Part shown: in pieces, positions 39,585 to 48,610 of the stretch
Numbering within the stretch: position 1 is the stretch's first letter
Layout: the number at the start of each line of letters is the position of its first letter
Assembly: GCA_963764165.1 (NCBI GenBank)
Contig: CAVXRD010000002.1
Coordinates: 2,528,001-2,592,000 of the forward strand
Direction: 5' to 3'
DNA from: an uncultured Verrucomicrobiae bacterium
Lineage (GTDB): Bacteria > Verrucomicrobiota > Verrucomicrobiia > Limisphaerales > Palsa-1400
Length of the DNA stretch: 64,000 nucleotides
The notes under the pieces: generated by a model
Told to the model about the DNA's origin: nothing
Databases searched by the model: none
Seen by the model: only the letters and a program-made list of their open reading frames with translations
Program-made: the position numbers and the translations under genes

Positions 39585-39771
39585 GGGCGCATCTCAATTT
39601 ATTGCAACAGTTGATGAAGTACAAGGGCAAATTGTGGTAGGGCGAGGCTCCTGCCGAGCCGTTCTTTGCTTGTGCTTTGCCCTCGGCTCCGACCCGAAGC
39701 GGCTCGGCAGGAGCCTCGCCCTACCGTGCTTTAGGTAAGTCCCATGTCTTGCAAGAAAGTGAGATGCGCCC
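39585..39771. mobile_element. MITE with GGGCGCATCTCA TIRs and 9-bp TSD, carrying a GTAG REP doublet
   Basis: GGGCGCATCTCAATTT...AAAGTGAGATGCGCCC; flanks CTTTGAATT/CGTTGAATT (8/9 match). Confidence 0.75.
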
Positions 39772-39833
39772 CGTTGAATTGCTAAACAACGAATGAACTC
39801 GCATTTTTCCGAACGGCAAGGCATTTTTCAGTT

Positions 39834-40136
39834 ATGGGCATGACCGCTTTCCCAGAATGGGTTCAGTCGCAGAAGTTGGTCGCCAAGCTGGCGGATCAAT
39901 TGGGTGGCACGTTGAACGCGAACAGCGCGCGAGCGATTATCGCGCTTAAGGTGCAGGCGCCCACGATGGCCCGGCGGCGCCTCCTCGCGGCGAAAGCCAA
40001 TGATGGATTGTTGAGCGCTGAAGAGTTTGCCGAATACGAGACATATGCCCAATTGCGCGGACTTTTGTCCATTTTGCAATCCAAGGCCCGCCTCTACCTA
40101 AAGCAATCCCGGGCGCATGGCCAGTCGGCAGCGTGA
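39834..40136 (+). CDS. Small helical hypothetical protein overlapping the HNH gene (possible antitoxin)
   Basis: 100-aa ORF with LAAKANDGLLSAEEFAEYETY..LLSILQSKAR; overlaps the HNH start at 40117. Confidence 0.6.
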   Translation: MGMTAFPEWVQSQKLVAKLADQLGGTLNANSARAIIALKVQAPTMARRRLLAAKANDGLLSAEEFAEYETYAQLRGLLSILQSKARLYLKQSRAHGQSAA

Positions 40137-40514
40137 GGCGGTCAGGCGGCGCGCCAACCGCCGCTGCGAAATATTGCCGGCTGCCCGACGGCGCGATGAA
40201 TTCGTCGGATTTCCATGTTGAGCACATCGTCGCGCGCAAGCACGGCGGCAAAAGCTCAATGGATAACCTCGCTTGGTCTTGCATCTACTGCAATCTCTAC
40301 AAAGGCCCGAATCTTGCCAGCTTTGACCCCGACGGGCAAATTAACGCCATTGTTCAACCCTCGTGCCAACCGTTGGGATGAGCATTTCCGCCCGAATGGC
40401 GCGAGCATCATTGGCCTTACGCCAATTGGACAAACCTCCGTTTGGCTGCTTGAGATGAATTCCGATATTCTTGTCGCTTTGCGAGCATGCCTCATTCGGG
40501 AAGGCCGGTGGTGA
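40117..40514 (+). pseudogene. HNH endonuclease with two frameshifts
   Basis: Joined frames give MASRQREAVRRRANRRCEYCRLP..FHVEHIVARKHGG..NLAWSCIYCNLYKG..DP/TGKLTPLFNPR..WDEHF; shifts at AAA 40169-40171 and CCCC 40327-40330. Confidence 0.8.
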
Positions 40515-40753
40515 TGCGCGAACCCTCCGAAATGTTTGCGAAAGAGGACTTGTCGCACCGTAGCCTCGGCGCAGGCGGAAACTCGTTTTGGAGTCGCCGG
40601 AATTCCTGCCAGTTTCATTCAGTGCAAAAAGTGAGTGACACCTGCACTGGTTGTGTCGCTTTCGCATATCCGTTAGACCGAAATATAAAATGGAAAATTG
40701 CGTTGCCTAAGCCCCATGGAGTCAATCATACTCCTCGTGAGTAATTGGGCAAT

Positions 40754-42007
40754 ATGAGAATCAGAATCCAGAAATTCTCCATCACGAATTATCGTTCGTG
40801 CGTAAACGCTTCGATCGAGCCACATCCTGACCTTTCTGCGCTTATCGGAAAAAACGCCTCTGGCAAGAGTAGCGTCTTGAACGGGATTCTCTTGCTAAAA
40901 TCGCTGTTCAGCCAATCGGGGCGACCAATCCGCTCCGACCGGATCAGCGCACGTTCAAGGATCAACGCAGAACTGCAGTGCGGTAAAACTGTGATTCTTC
41001 TAAGAGCAGACGTTTTATACTCTGCAACGGAGACAAGCAGAGATGAGGTTTTCGGAGGGAATATTTCATGGAATTTTAAGAATCTATCTGGCGTAGATGA
41101 GTGGATTTCAATTCCAATTCAATTTGCATATGATATGTTTAGGCACCATCCAACCGGAGCTAAGATACACATAAATAAATATGCTTTAAAATCTGAAATT
41201 CAATTTCGCTTTAATCTACCAAAAAAACTCCAAAAGCAATGGCAATATTTTGTGCAGTTCTCGCAACCGCTATATCAATTCTTTCTGGGTATCAGTTATT
41301 ATAGTGCCTCTCAATTTACCGATCCAACACGATGTCCTGTTTCTGTCGAAATTGAAGACGAACGAATACAACGTCGAGCCTTTCGCCCCATGGAACACAC
41401 CAGGTTCTTGCACGACCTCTATAAAATTTGGAAAGCGCGGTCCCGAGATTACGAAGAATTCCTAAGCATAGTTGGTCAAAATGGGTTAAGGCTGGTTGAC
41501 CGGATTGACTTTCGAGAATTGGAGCTGCCTCAGAGCCGCTATGAAGTGCGCGCTGGCGGAAGGGTTGTTCGAGAAAAGTCACAACGGCGGTTACTTATTC
41601 CTTCATTTCAAGTTGACAGTAATCGATTGTCTCCAAACCAACTTTCAGAGGGCACTTTCAAAACCATCGCTTTATTGTTCTATCTAGTTATTGATAAAGG
41701 CAGTTTGCTCTTAATTGAAGAACCTGAAGTTTGTATTCATCACGGTTTGTTGAAAAGCATAATGGGTCTCGTAAAATCTTACTCGACTTCAAAACAGATA
41801 ATTATTTCGACCCATTCTGATTTTGTGCTTGATATGCTCGTGCCCGAAAATGTTTTTTTAGTACGCAAGGAAAAGAAGCTTGGAACAAAGGTTAAGCCTG
41901 TAACAAAAGCCCTTTCTGCACGTGACTTTGCTGCGTTAAAGACCTATTTGGCAGATACTGGAAACCTCGGGGAATTTTGGCGTCACGGAGGATTGGCACA
42001 TGATTAG
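40754..42007 (+). CDS. ABC-type AAA ATPase (AAA_21/AAA_15, OLD/PARIS-like)
   Basis: ITNYRS, Walker A GKNASGKS, signature LSEGT, Walker B LLIEEPE, H-loop STHS; visibly AT-rich. Confidence 0.88.
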   Translation: MRIRIQKFSITNYRSCVNASIEPHPDLSALIGKNASGKSSVLNGILLLKSLFSQSGRPIRSDRISARSRINAELQCGKTVILLRADVLYSATETSRDEVFGGNISWNFKNLSGVDEWISIPIQFAYDMFRHHPTGAKIHINKYALKSEIQFRFNLPKKLQKQWQYFVQFSQPLYQFFLGISYYSASQFTDPTRCPVSVEIEDERIQRRAFRPMEHTRFLHDLYKIWKARSRDYEEFLSIVGQNGLRLVDRIDFRELELPQSRYEVRAGGRVVREKSQRRLLIPSFQVDSNRLSPNQLSEGTFKTIALLFYLVIDKGSLLLIEEPEVCIHHGLLKSIMGLVKSYSTSKQIIISTHSDFVLDMLVPENVFLVRKEKKLGTKVKPVTKALSARDFAALKTYLADTGNLGEFWRHGGLAHD

Positions 42008-42566
42008 AATCGGAGTAATTGCAGAAGATATTAGTGACATCGATGTTGTTAAGGCGCTATTGCTGAAGCTAATAACGCGCAACAGTTTTTGCGTTCGGCA
42101 CTTTGTAGGAGATGGATGTGGCAAGTTGCGTAACAAATGTCATGCCTGGGCCAATCAACTTCGCCTTATGGGATGTTCTTCGCTTTTATTCGTTCATGAC
42201 TTGGATAGACACAGGGTAGAGCAGCTTCGTCGCGATTTGGTCGAAGCATTGAGCCCCTGCCCAATCGCCAAAAACGCGATTGTAATTCCAGTAGAAGAAA
42301 TCGAGGCGTGGCTTATGTCCGATTCGGAAGCGATCAAGCGTGTGTTTTCCCTAAAGAGAGCGCCTAATCTAACGGGTAATCCTGAGTCTATTGTTAGCCC
42401 GAAAGAGAAGCTCGAATCATTGGTCTGGCGCCTTTCGGGGAAGAGAAGGCGATACATAAATACCGTCCATAATGCAGAAATTGCTAAGTTAACTGCAATT
42501 TCTTCCCTGCGCCGATGTTCTGCGTTTCATGAGTTTGAGCGTTTTGTGAGAACTGATTTATCGTAA
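42000..42566 (+). CDS. DUF4276/RloB-like TOPRIM-fold protein
   Basis: IGVIAEDISD (TOPRIM Glu), VHDLD (DxD), EEIEAWL, PKEKL, CSAF; overlaps the ATPase stop. Confidence 0.78.
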   Translation: MIRIGVIAEDISDIDVVKALLLKLITRNSFCVRHFVGDGCGKLRNKCHAWANQLRLMGCSSLLFVHDLDRHRVEQLRRDLVEALSPCPIAKNAIVIPVEEIEAWLMSDSEAIKRVFSLKRAPNLTGNPESIVSPKEKLESLVWRLSGKRRRYINTVHNAEIAKLTAISSLRRCSAFHEFERFVRTDLS

Positions 42567-42605
42567 GCCTTTTACTATTTATATAAGCCCTGCGCCTGCG
42601 CTCAG

Positions 42606-43214
42606 ACCGGCGTCAGTCGCTCACTTTTGACGTTTTTGTATTCGTAAATGGGAATTTGTATTCGTCGGCTGCCATTTCCGCCGCTCGCGCCGGGGACGTG
42701 AAAACCGCGTCGTATTACTAGCGCTCCCAACGGGATTGAAATCATGCAGCCCAGGGTTGCCCCGATTCCAAGAGGGCTACCCTGGGTTAACCGCAAAAGA
42801 AGGATCCCAACCCAGAATGGGTTGAATCAAACTCGCCTATTGCGCATCCTGCCGCCACACCGCAATCACCGGCCAAGATGCATGGCAGAATGGCTACGGC
42901 TTTTTTCCAGCGGCTTTTCACAAATCGAGTCGGTGCGGGCATCCATTGCCGGGCAGGAGGAGCATCATCGGAAGATTTCGTTTCAGGATGAGTTCAGGCA
43001 ATTGTTGCGACGTTACGAAATCGCGTTTGACGAACGGTATCTGTGAAAGGGTCAGGCCTAGAAAAATGACGGTCTTGCTTTCCCATCCGGTCCCTTCTGT
43101 TGATAAAAGGCGTTACCGGCGTCCTCACTTTTGACACTTTTTTATACGGAAATGGGAATCAGTCTTCATCCGCCGCAATTCCCGCCGCTCGCGCCGGGGA
43201 CGTAAAAAGCTGCG
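42606..43214 (+). repeat. Two diverged ~100-bp direct repeats (42606-42709 and 43115-43214)
   Basis: Both read accggcgtc..ctcacttttgac..aaatgggaat..ccgccgctcgcgccggggacgt.aaaa. Confidence 0.75.
42882..43046 (+). pseudogene. IS200/IS605 TnpA (Y1 transposase) C-terminal remnant
   Basis: WQNGYG/..SQIESVRASIAGQEEHHRKISFQDEFRQLLRRYEIAFDERYL; preceded by the palindrome cccagggttgcc..ggctaccctggg (42750-42787). Confidence 0.75.
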
Positions 43215-43254
43215 CCCGCCGGGCGAATATCAAGTTTTGACACTTTCTCTGAAA

Positions 43255-43355
43255 GGTAGGGACGCCTCGCCGAGGCGTCCGGTTGCGCGTGGATATGCAA
43301 AGGGTCGCTCGTGAATAATGCCTCACCCCGGACGCCTCGGCGAGGCGTCTCTACC
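43255..43355. repeat. GTAG-type REP doublet (second family)
   Basis: GGTAGGGACGCCTCGCCGAGGCGTCCGG...CCGGACGCCTCGGCGAGGCGTCTCTACC; sister copy at 59207-59283, half copy at 18857-18877. Confidence 0.85.
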
Positions 43356-43474
43356 AAAACATGATTTGCGCCCGTGCCCGTTCCATGCGCCCAAGGCAGA
43401 CGCATCTAGTTTTCGGGGTTTCCGTCCGTGATGCCAGAGGCATCCGAGATTGTAGCCGGTGGTTGAGCGAAGCG

Positions 43475-44774
43475 CATGCGTGTCCAGTTATAAGTGAAAC
43501 AAAGGCAATGTGTTACGACTTTCCGAATCGTTTTCGGAAATGGCGTTTGTTGCAAGCAGCTCACCCAGAGGGGTTTGCTCAAACGCGCTGACGCTGAAAA
43601 TTTGCAGGATTTCATACAGACTTTTCTCCAATTTCCAATGCTTTTTGGCGATGGCCACCAAGAGGTAAGTGCAAATGGCGCACCATATCTGGCATTGAAT
43701 GGCGTTGCGGGAATGGCCGATGAAGCGGCGGATCCGCAGGTGCTGCTTGATCCATTTGAAGAACAGCTCCACCCTCCATCGCTTTTTGTATAATTCACAA
43801 ATGGTCAGAGGAGGCAGTTCGAAATCATTGGTCAGAAACACCAGCGTGCGCTCTTCCAGCGCGTCCCGAAAAACCACTCGCCTGAGCGGAACCGGATACC
43901 GGCCTTTGGAGTCTTCGCCAGTCAAGCGAATGGTTTGATCGCACCGCAAACCGCCATCCTTGTCAACGACGCGAGATGCCTTCACCCTGAATTTGATCTG
44001 CCGCTTGTTGCGCACGACGAATTTGGCCTCGGCGGTTTCCACATTCATCAGCCTGGCGAAATCCAAATAGGCCCGGTCCATCACATGGAAGGCGCCGCGC
44101 TCCAAGGGAATCTGGTCGAGCATTTTCACGTCGGGAACAGAGGCTTCCGTGAGCGCCGCCCACACCGGCAGGTCCCCCCGGAAGGACAGCATCGTGTGGA
44201 GCTTCATCGCGCCGGCGCGGGACCGTCCCCAATAGGCCCAAGGAAAGATTTTGATGCTCAGATGAATGATGGAGCTGTCCAAAGCCAGCGCGACGGCGGG
44301 AAAATCCGGGTCTGCGTTTTCAGGCTGGTAAAGCGCGCGGGCGCGCCGCATCAGCACTTCGGCCACTCCGGCAAAGACCCGCCAATCCCGGTTTTCGTTG
44401 GAGTAAGCCAGATTGGTCCGTGTGATCCTTCCCCGAAAGCCCAAATGATACTGCATGCGTGGACGGGCCTGCAGGCAGGCAACAATGTCGCGCAGACTCT
44501 CACGGTAAGTCAATTGTCCGAAACACAGAGCCAGGAAATGGTCGTAGGCGCTGAACGAGCGCGAGGAGCGCTTCATGGGAAAGGCCTCAGCGCAACGCCG
44601 AAATTCGGACGGATAAAGGAGATCGGTTAATTGGGAAAACACGTTTTGGTGGGAAGGCATTTGCCCAGCAAACCCGCTTCCAAACTGGATATCGAGAACA
44701 AACCCCAAATTCCCCAACCCTGCGATAATCAACGACTTTGGGCGCGTTGGCAACGCCTTAACTGGACACGAGTG
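43475..44774 (-). mobile_element. IS4-family insertion sequence, 1300 bp
   Basis: 16-bp IRs CATGCGTGTCCAGTTA / rc CACTCGTGTCCAGTTA; 9-bp TSD AGCGAAGCG at 43466-43474 and 44775-44783. Confidence 0.93.
43488..44660 (-). CDS. IS4-family DDE transposase (DUF4372 + DDE_Tnp_1)
   Basis: FGQLTYRESLRDI, LALDSSII, KLH, VMDRAY, YKKRWRVELFFKWIKQ (YREK motif). Confidence 0.93.
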   Translation of the reverse strand: MPSHQNVFSQLTDLLYPSEFRRCAEAFPMKRSSRSFSAYDHFLALCFGQLTYRESLRDIVACLQARPRMQYHLGFRGRITRTNLAYSNENRDWRVFAGVAEVLMRRARALYQPENADPDFPAVALALDSSIIHLSIKIFPWAYWGRSRAGAMKLHTMLSFRGDLPVWAALTEASVPDVKMLDQIPLERGAFHVMDRAYLDFARLMNVETAEAKFVVRNKRQIKFRVKASRVVDKDGGLRCDQTIRLTGEDSKGRYPVPLRRVVFRDALEERTLVFLTNDFELPPLTICELYKKRWRVELFFKWIKQHLRIRRFIGHSRNAIQCQIWCAICTYLLVAIAKKHWKLEKSLYEILQIFSVSAFEQTPLGELLATNAISENDSESRNTLPLFHL

Positions 44775-44938
44775 AGCGAAGCGACACCACCGGACAACAA
44801 TTTAGAAATCGGAATGCACCCCGGAAGTGGGTGCCAGCATCGGGTGTCAAATGCGACGCCGTTGTTCGGACGGTGCTGGGACGCCTTTCAGGGTCCGAGG
44901 GGATTTTTGGCATTTGTTTCCGGTGGTGTCGCTGCCGC

Positions 44939-46048
44939 TCAACCACCGGCTACAATCTGGCATCCCTCCGGGATTCGGTTTAGATGCGTCTGCCCGCCCC
45001 CATCCCCGCGCGTCATCGTGACAATGTGTTCATTTGCCGCTTGCCGCCCAACATCCACTCGTGCTGGCCCCTGTTCCGTCTGTTCCCTTGGGGCGGATGC
45101 ACGTTCCTCGTTCCCAACGGGATTGTTGGGCGGGCTATCGCTATCGCTGCGCGCTGGAATACTAGGCTTCTGCTCTGAATGATTGACGCTCTTTGGGCTG
45201 TCAACGGGCTTCGGATAAACCGGCAACGGATCGCCGTAGGGAGGGCGGTAGCCTTCCGGGAAACCATTGGGATAGCGCCGCTTCATTTCCGTCCGCACCT
45301 GGAGGGTGACTTCCTCCTCCTTATACCGCATCGCCGCTCCCGGCCCTTCCCATTGTCTTGTGTTGTTGTTCCAGTTGGCGGCGAAGCGGCCTGTGCCCAG
45401 GATTTTGTTGGTGCGGTCCTCCTGTTCCTCGGGCGAGCGCTTGCGGTTTTTTTCCGCCTCTTGCCGCAGGCGCTCCTCCAGCATTTTCAGCTTCTCCCGG
45501 TCGAGCCGCACCTTCTCGCCATAATACTCCGCCCGCCGCAACAGGGTGTAGGACATCACCAATTGGTGCAGCGACGCCGTTTTGTCCGGCCCTTCGGGCA
45601 TGGCCCCGCAGCGCTGCATCTCCACGAACAGCCGCGCGCTCAGCACGACCGCCAGATGCCGGTTGAGATTTTCCGCCGCCGGACCTTCCACCCCGGCGGC
45701 GGCCGTCGCCACGGCTTCCACCGCCTCCTGCGTGTTCCGCTGCTCCAGCCACCCGGCGTAACCGCCCTGGCGCCAGCGCGAGAGGTTGACTTCCGTGATG
45801 GGCTGGGAGTCAAAAGATTGCGCCAGCACGCGCTGCACCTCCGGCAGGGCGTTGAGCCATTCCAGAATGGCGGCAGGCGGCTCCGCTTCCAAAAGCCGCT
45901 CGTTCAATTCAGCCCGGATATCGGCGGGCAGACGCGCGATCTTGCTGGTGCGGGCGCGGCCGGTCGGCCCGCAGCACTCCTGCCCCGGCGCCCCCGCCGC
46001 TGTTTTCGCCTCCGGCTCCGAATGAACAATCGATGATTCATTTGTCAT
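44939..46048 (-). CDS. Hypothetical protein with DUF3486/Mu gp27-like HTH N-terminus
   Basis: SKIARLPADIRAELNERL..ILEWLN..ITEVNLSRWRQGGY; low-complexity tail ending inside a repeat. Confidence 0.6.
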   Translation of the reverse strand: MTNESSIVHSEPEAKTAAGAPGQECCGPTGRARTSKIARLPADIRAELNERLLEAEPPAAILEWLNALPEVQRVLAQSFDSQPITEVNLSRWRQGGYAGWLEQRNTQEAVEAVATAAAGVEGPAAENLNRHLAVVLSARLFVEMQRCGAMPEGPDKTASLHQLVMSYTLLRRAEYYGEKVRLDREKLKMLEERLRQEAEKNRKRSPEEQEDRTNKILGTGRFAANWNNNTRQWEGPGAAMRYKEEEVTLQVRTEMKRRYPNGFPEGYRPPYGDPLPVYPKPVDSPKSVNHSEQKPSIPARSDSDSPPNNPVGNEERASAPREQTEQGPARVDVGRQAANEHIVTMTRGDGGGQTHLNRIPEGCQIVAGG

Positions 46049-46591
46049 ACACTTACAACATACCACAAAAGCGTGGAACTGCAAGCATAATTGACAAAAG
46101 AGATTTTTGGGCTTATTTTTCCCCTGTCGCCGTCAGGGCATGTTCTTTGAAATTTTGCGGAAGGAAATGAACTCGCGCGCAGAGAGGAAGAGTGCGCAGA
46201 GGAGCGCAACGACAAATTCTCGCCTGCTTGAAACAGGGCGCCATGAGGTGCCTAAAGGATAATTTGGGCGGACACGCAGGTCCGCCCTACCGAATTGGGG
46301 CAGGGCGGTGTGCGCCCGCCCAGAGACTCCTGGAACCTCACGGTGACCGGCCCGTTGCATGCTATTGCACCCTATTGCACCCTTCGTTTTGAATCGGGCG
46401 GATTTCTTCGCGTCCTTTGTTTCCTTGGTGCAGCCCTCCTATTTTCTGAAAATGTAGCGGGTTTGTAGCCCCTGTGTTGCCCTTTGTGTAGCGGCTTAAG
46501 TGACTAGCCATCAACAGTGTAGCGGGTGTTGCCCCTTTTTGGAGATCATATAATATCATCTGGAATACCCAACCTCAGGAAAAGAGGGCAA

Positions 46592-46728
46592 GCCGCAGAT
46601 GGACGCACATCAACGCAGATAGGAATGCCTCCGGCGAACCTGAAACGGTCGAAGCTGACGAAACTTGCAGGTGGTTGGAACACCAATGCCTTTTCCCAAA
46701 TCTGCGTTGGTCTGCGTCCATCTGCGGC
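46592..46728. repeat. Inverted-repeat doublet (CGCAGAT type)
   Basis: gccgcagatggacgcacatcaacgcagat ... atctgcgttggtctgcgtccatctgcggc. Confidence 0.75.
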
Positions 46729-46820
46729 CAGTTCCGCCTTCCCGACTCAATTTTCGGCATTATTCGTGCGGTTGGTCTTTGGCACAGCCGCGCCGTTTGT
46801 CGGGCTGTGTCCGTGGCGCT

Positions 46821-47085
46821 GGGCGCATCTCAGTTTTTGTGAGGGCGGTCTTCTGCAAAAAGCTCCGCCGGTCGACAAAGTGATCGCTCTCTCCCCGCCA
46901 AGCTTGGCGGGGAGAGAGAAGGAGAGAGGGGCAACTCATTAAAACCGGGCGAGGCGAGGGGCATTGAGGGCCGATGGATTTCAGTCGTTTCCTAATCGCC
47001 CCTCTCCCTAACCCTCTCCCCGCTGCGCAGGGCGAGGGAATCCGCGTTTCGTCGGCAAGGGATTGCCAAAAAGTGAGATGTGCCC
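46821..47085. mobile_element. MITE with GGGC(G/A)CATCTCA TIRs and perfect 9-bp TSD, carrying a CCCTCTCCC doublet
   Basis: GGGCGCATCTCAGTTTTTG...CAAAAAGTGAGATGTGCCC; TSD CGTGGCGCT at 46812-46820 and 47086-47094. Confidence 0.85.
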
Positions 47086-47147
47086 CGTGGCGCTGAGACC
47101 CGCAAGCCTTCCTTGACCGCGCGCGCGCCTGCTTCCATTATGGTGGC

Positions 47148-48497
47148 ATGAATCGTCGAAGCTTTTTGAAAATGTCTTCTGCCGCCGGCTTGGCGATGGC
47201 GGCGGCCGGGCCCGCCGCGGCGCACGCGGATGGCGATGTCAAACGCGTCGGTCTCATCGGTTGCGGCTGGTATGGCAAGAGCGACTTGTGCCGATTGATT
47301 CAAGTGGCGCCGGTGGAAGTTGTTTCGTTGTGCGATGTGGACAGCAACACCTTGTCAGAGGCGGCCGATCTTTTCGCCGTGCGCCAGAAATCCAAAAAGA
47401 AACCGCGCACCTATCACGATTACCGGGACATGCTCAAGGAGAAGGACCTTGATGTCGTGCTGGTGGGAACGCCGGATCATTGGCATGCGCTGGCGATGAT
47501 CGCCGCCGTCGAAGCCGGGGCGGATGTCTATGTGCAAAAGCCGATCAGCGTCGATGTGGCGGAAGGGCAGGCGATGGTGGCCGCCGCGCGCAAACACAAG
47601 CGCGTCGTCCAAGTGGGGCTTGAGCGCCGCACGACTCCGCATTTGATCGAGGCCAAAAAGGAAATTATCGATTCCGGCAAATTGGGAACAATCGGGCTGG
47701 TGGAGATTTATTGTTACTTTTCAGGACGCGCCGGAAACCCGCCGGACTCCAAGCCGCCCGAAGGTTTTGATTATGACCTGTGGACGGGGCCGGCGCCGAT
47801 GCGCCCTTACAACAATCTTGTGCATTCGCGGGGCTGGCGGAATTTCATGGAATACGGCAACGGCATACTTGGCGACATGGGTGTCCATATGCTTGACGTC
47901 GCCCGTTGGATGCTGAACCTCGGCTGGCCCATTTCCATCGACTCTTCCGGCGGCATTCTCCTGGACGTCGGCGGCAAAGCGAATACGCCCGACACGCAGA
48001 CCGCTGTTTTCGATTTCGGCAAGCTTCAAGTGGTCTGGCAGCACCGCTGCTGGGGGAGCCCGCCTGATCCGAATTACTTTTGGGGCGCAAATTTTTATGG
48101 CGACAAGGGCACGTTGAAAGCGGGTGTTTTTTCCTACGATTTCATTCCGCGCGCCATGCACGACCCGAAGATTCACCGCGACTGTGTGATCGAGACCGAC
48201 AAGTATCCGGAAGACAAAACAGAGAAGGGGATCGAGGATTTCGCCGCCCCCGGCAATCGCGGCAACATGCGCAATTTCATGGATTGCGTGGCATCCCGCG
48301 AAAAGCCGGTGTCGGACATCGAGGAAGGCCACATTTCCACCGCCTCGTGCATTCTGGGAAATATGTCCTTGAAGCTCGGCCGCCGGCTGAAATGGGACAG
48401 CCAGGCCGGACAAGTCGTCGGCGACCCTGAAGCCAATGCCTTGCTGCGCCGGCCCTACCGGTCCCCGTGGGTTCATCCCGAAGCGGGCGCGGTTTGA
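47148..48497 (+). CDS. Tat-exported Gfo/Idh/MocA oxidoreductase
   Basis: MNRRSFLK; IGCGWYG, TPDHWH, YVQKP, DLWTGPAP, DMGVH. Confidence 0.9.
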   Translation: MNRRSFLKMSSAAGLAMAAAGPAAAHADGDVKRVGLIGCGWYGKSDLCRLIQVAPVEVVSLCDVDSNTLSEAADLFAVRQKSKKKPRTYHDYRDMLKEKDLDVVLVGTPDHWHALAMIAAVEAGADVYVQKPISVDVAEGQAMVAAARKHKRVVQVGLERRTTPHLIEAKKEIIDSGKLGTIGLVEIYCYFSGRAGNPPDSKPPEGFDYDLWTGPAPMRPYNNLVHSRGWRNFMEYGNGILGDMGVHMLDVARWMLNLGWPISIDSSGGILLDVGGKANTPDTQTAVFDFGKLQVVWQHRCWGSPPDPNYFWGANFYGDKGTLKAGVFSYDFIPRAMHDPKIHRDCVIETDKYPEDKTEKGIEDFAAPGNRGNMRNFMDCVASREKPVSDIEEGHISTASCILGNMSLKLGRRLKWDSQAGQVVGDPEANALLRRPYRSPWVHPEAGAV

Positions 48498-48610
48498 GAG
48501 TTGGCAGCGCAAGAAATGGTGGGAAAATATTAAAATTTGTTAGGAGACAACGCAAGTTTCGTGATTAGATTGGGCCGGGAGCGGTGTGCGCTGCCGCATC
48601 CGGATGTCAA

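Noticed and set aside
38927..39824. Short ORFs in the MITE/REP regions (also 46133-47303)
   Set aside because: They are translations of palindromic repeats, e.g. ARQEPRPT and GRARLLPS, which recur at 33040-33603.
39800..43250. Integron cassette array
   Set aside because: No integrase and no convincing RYYYAAC...GTTRRRY attC pairs were found.
44939..46048. Mu-like prophage
   Set aside because: No structural, terminase or MuA/MuB genes nearby.
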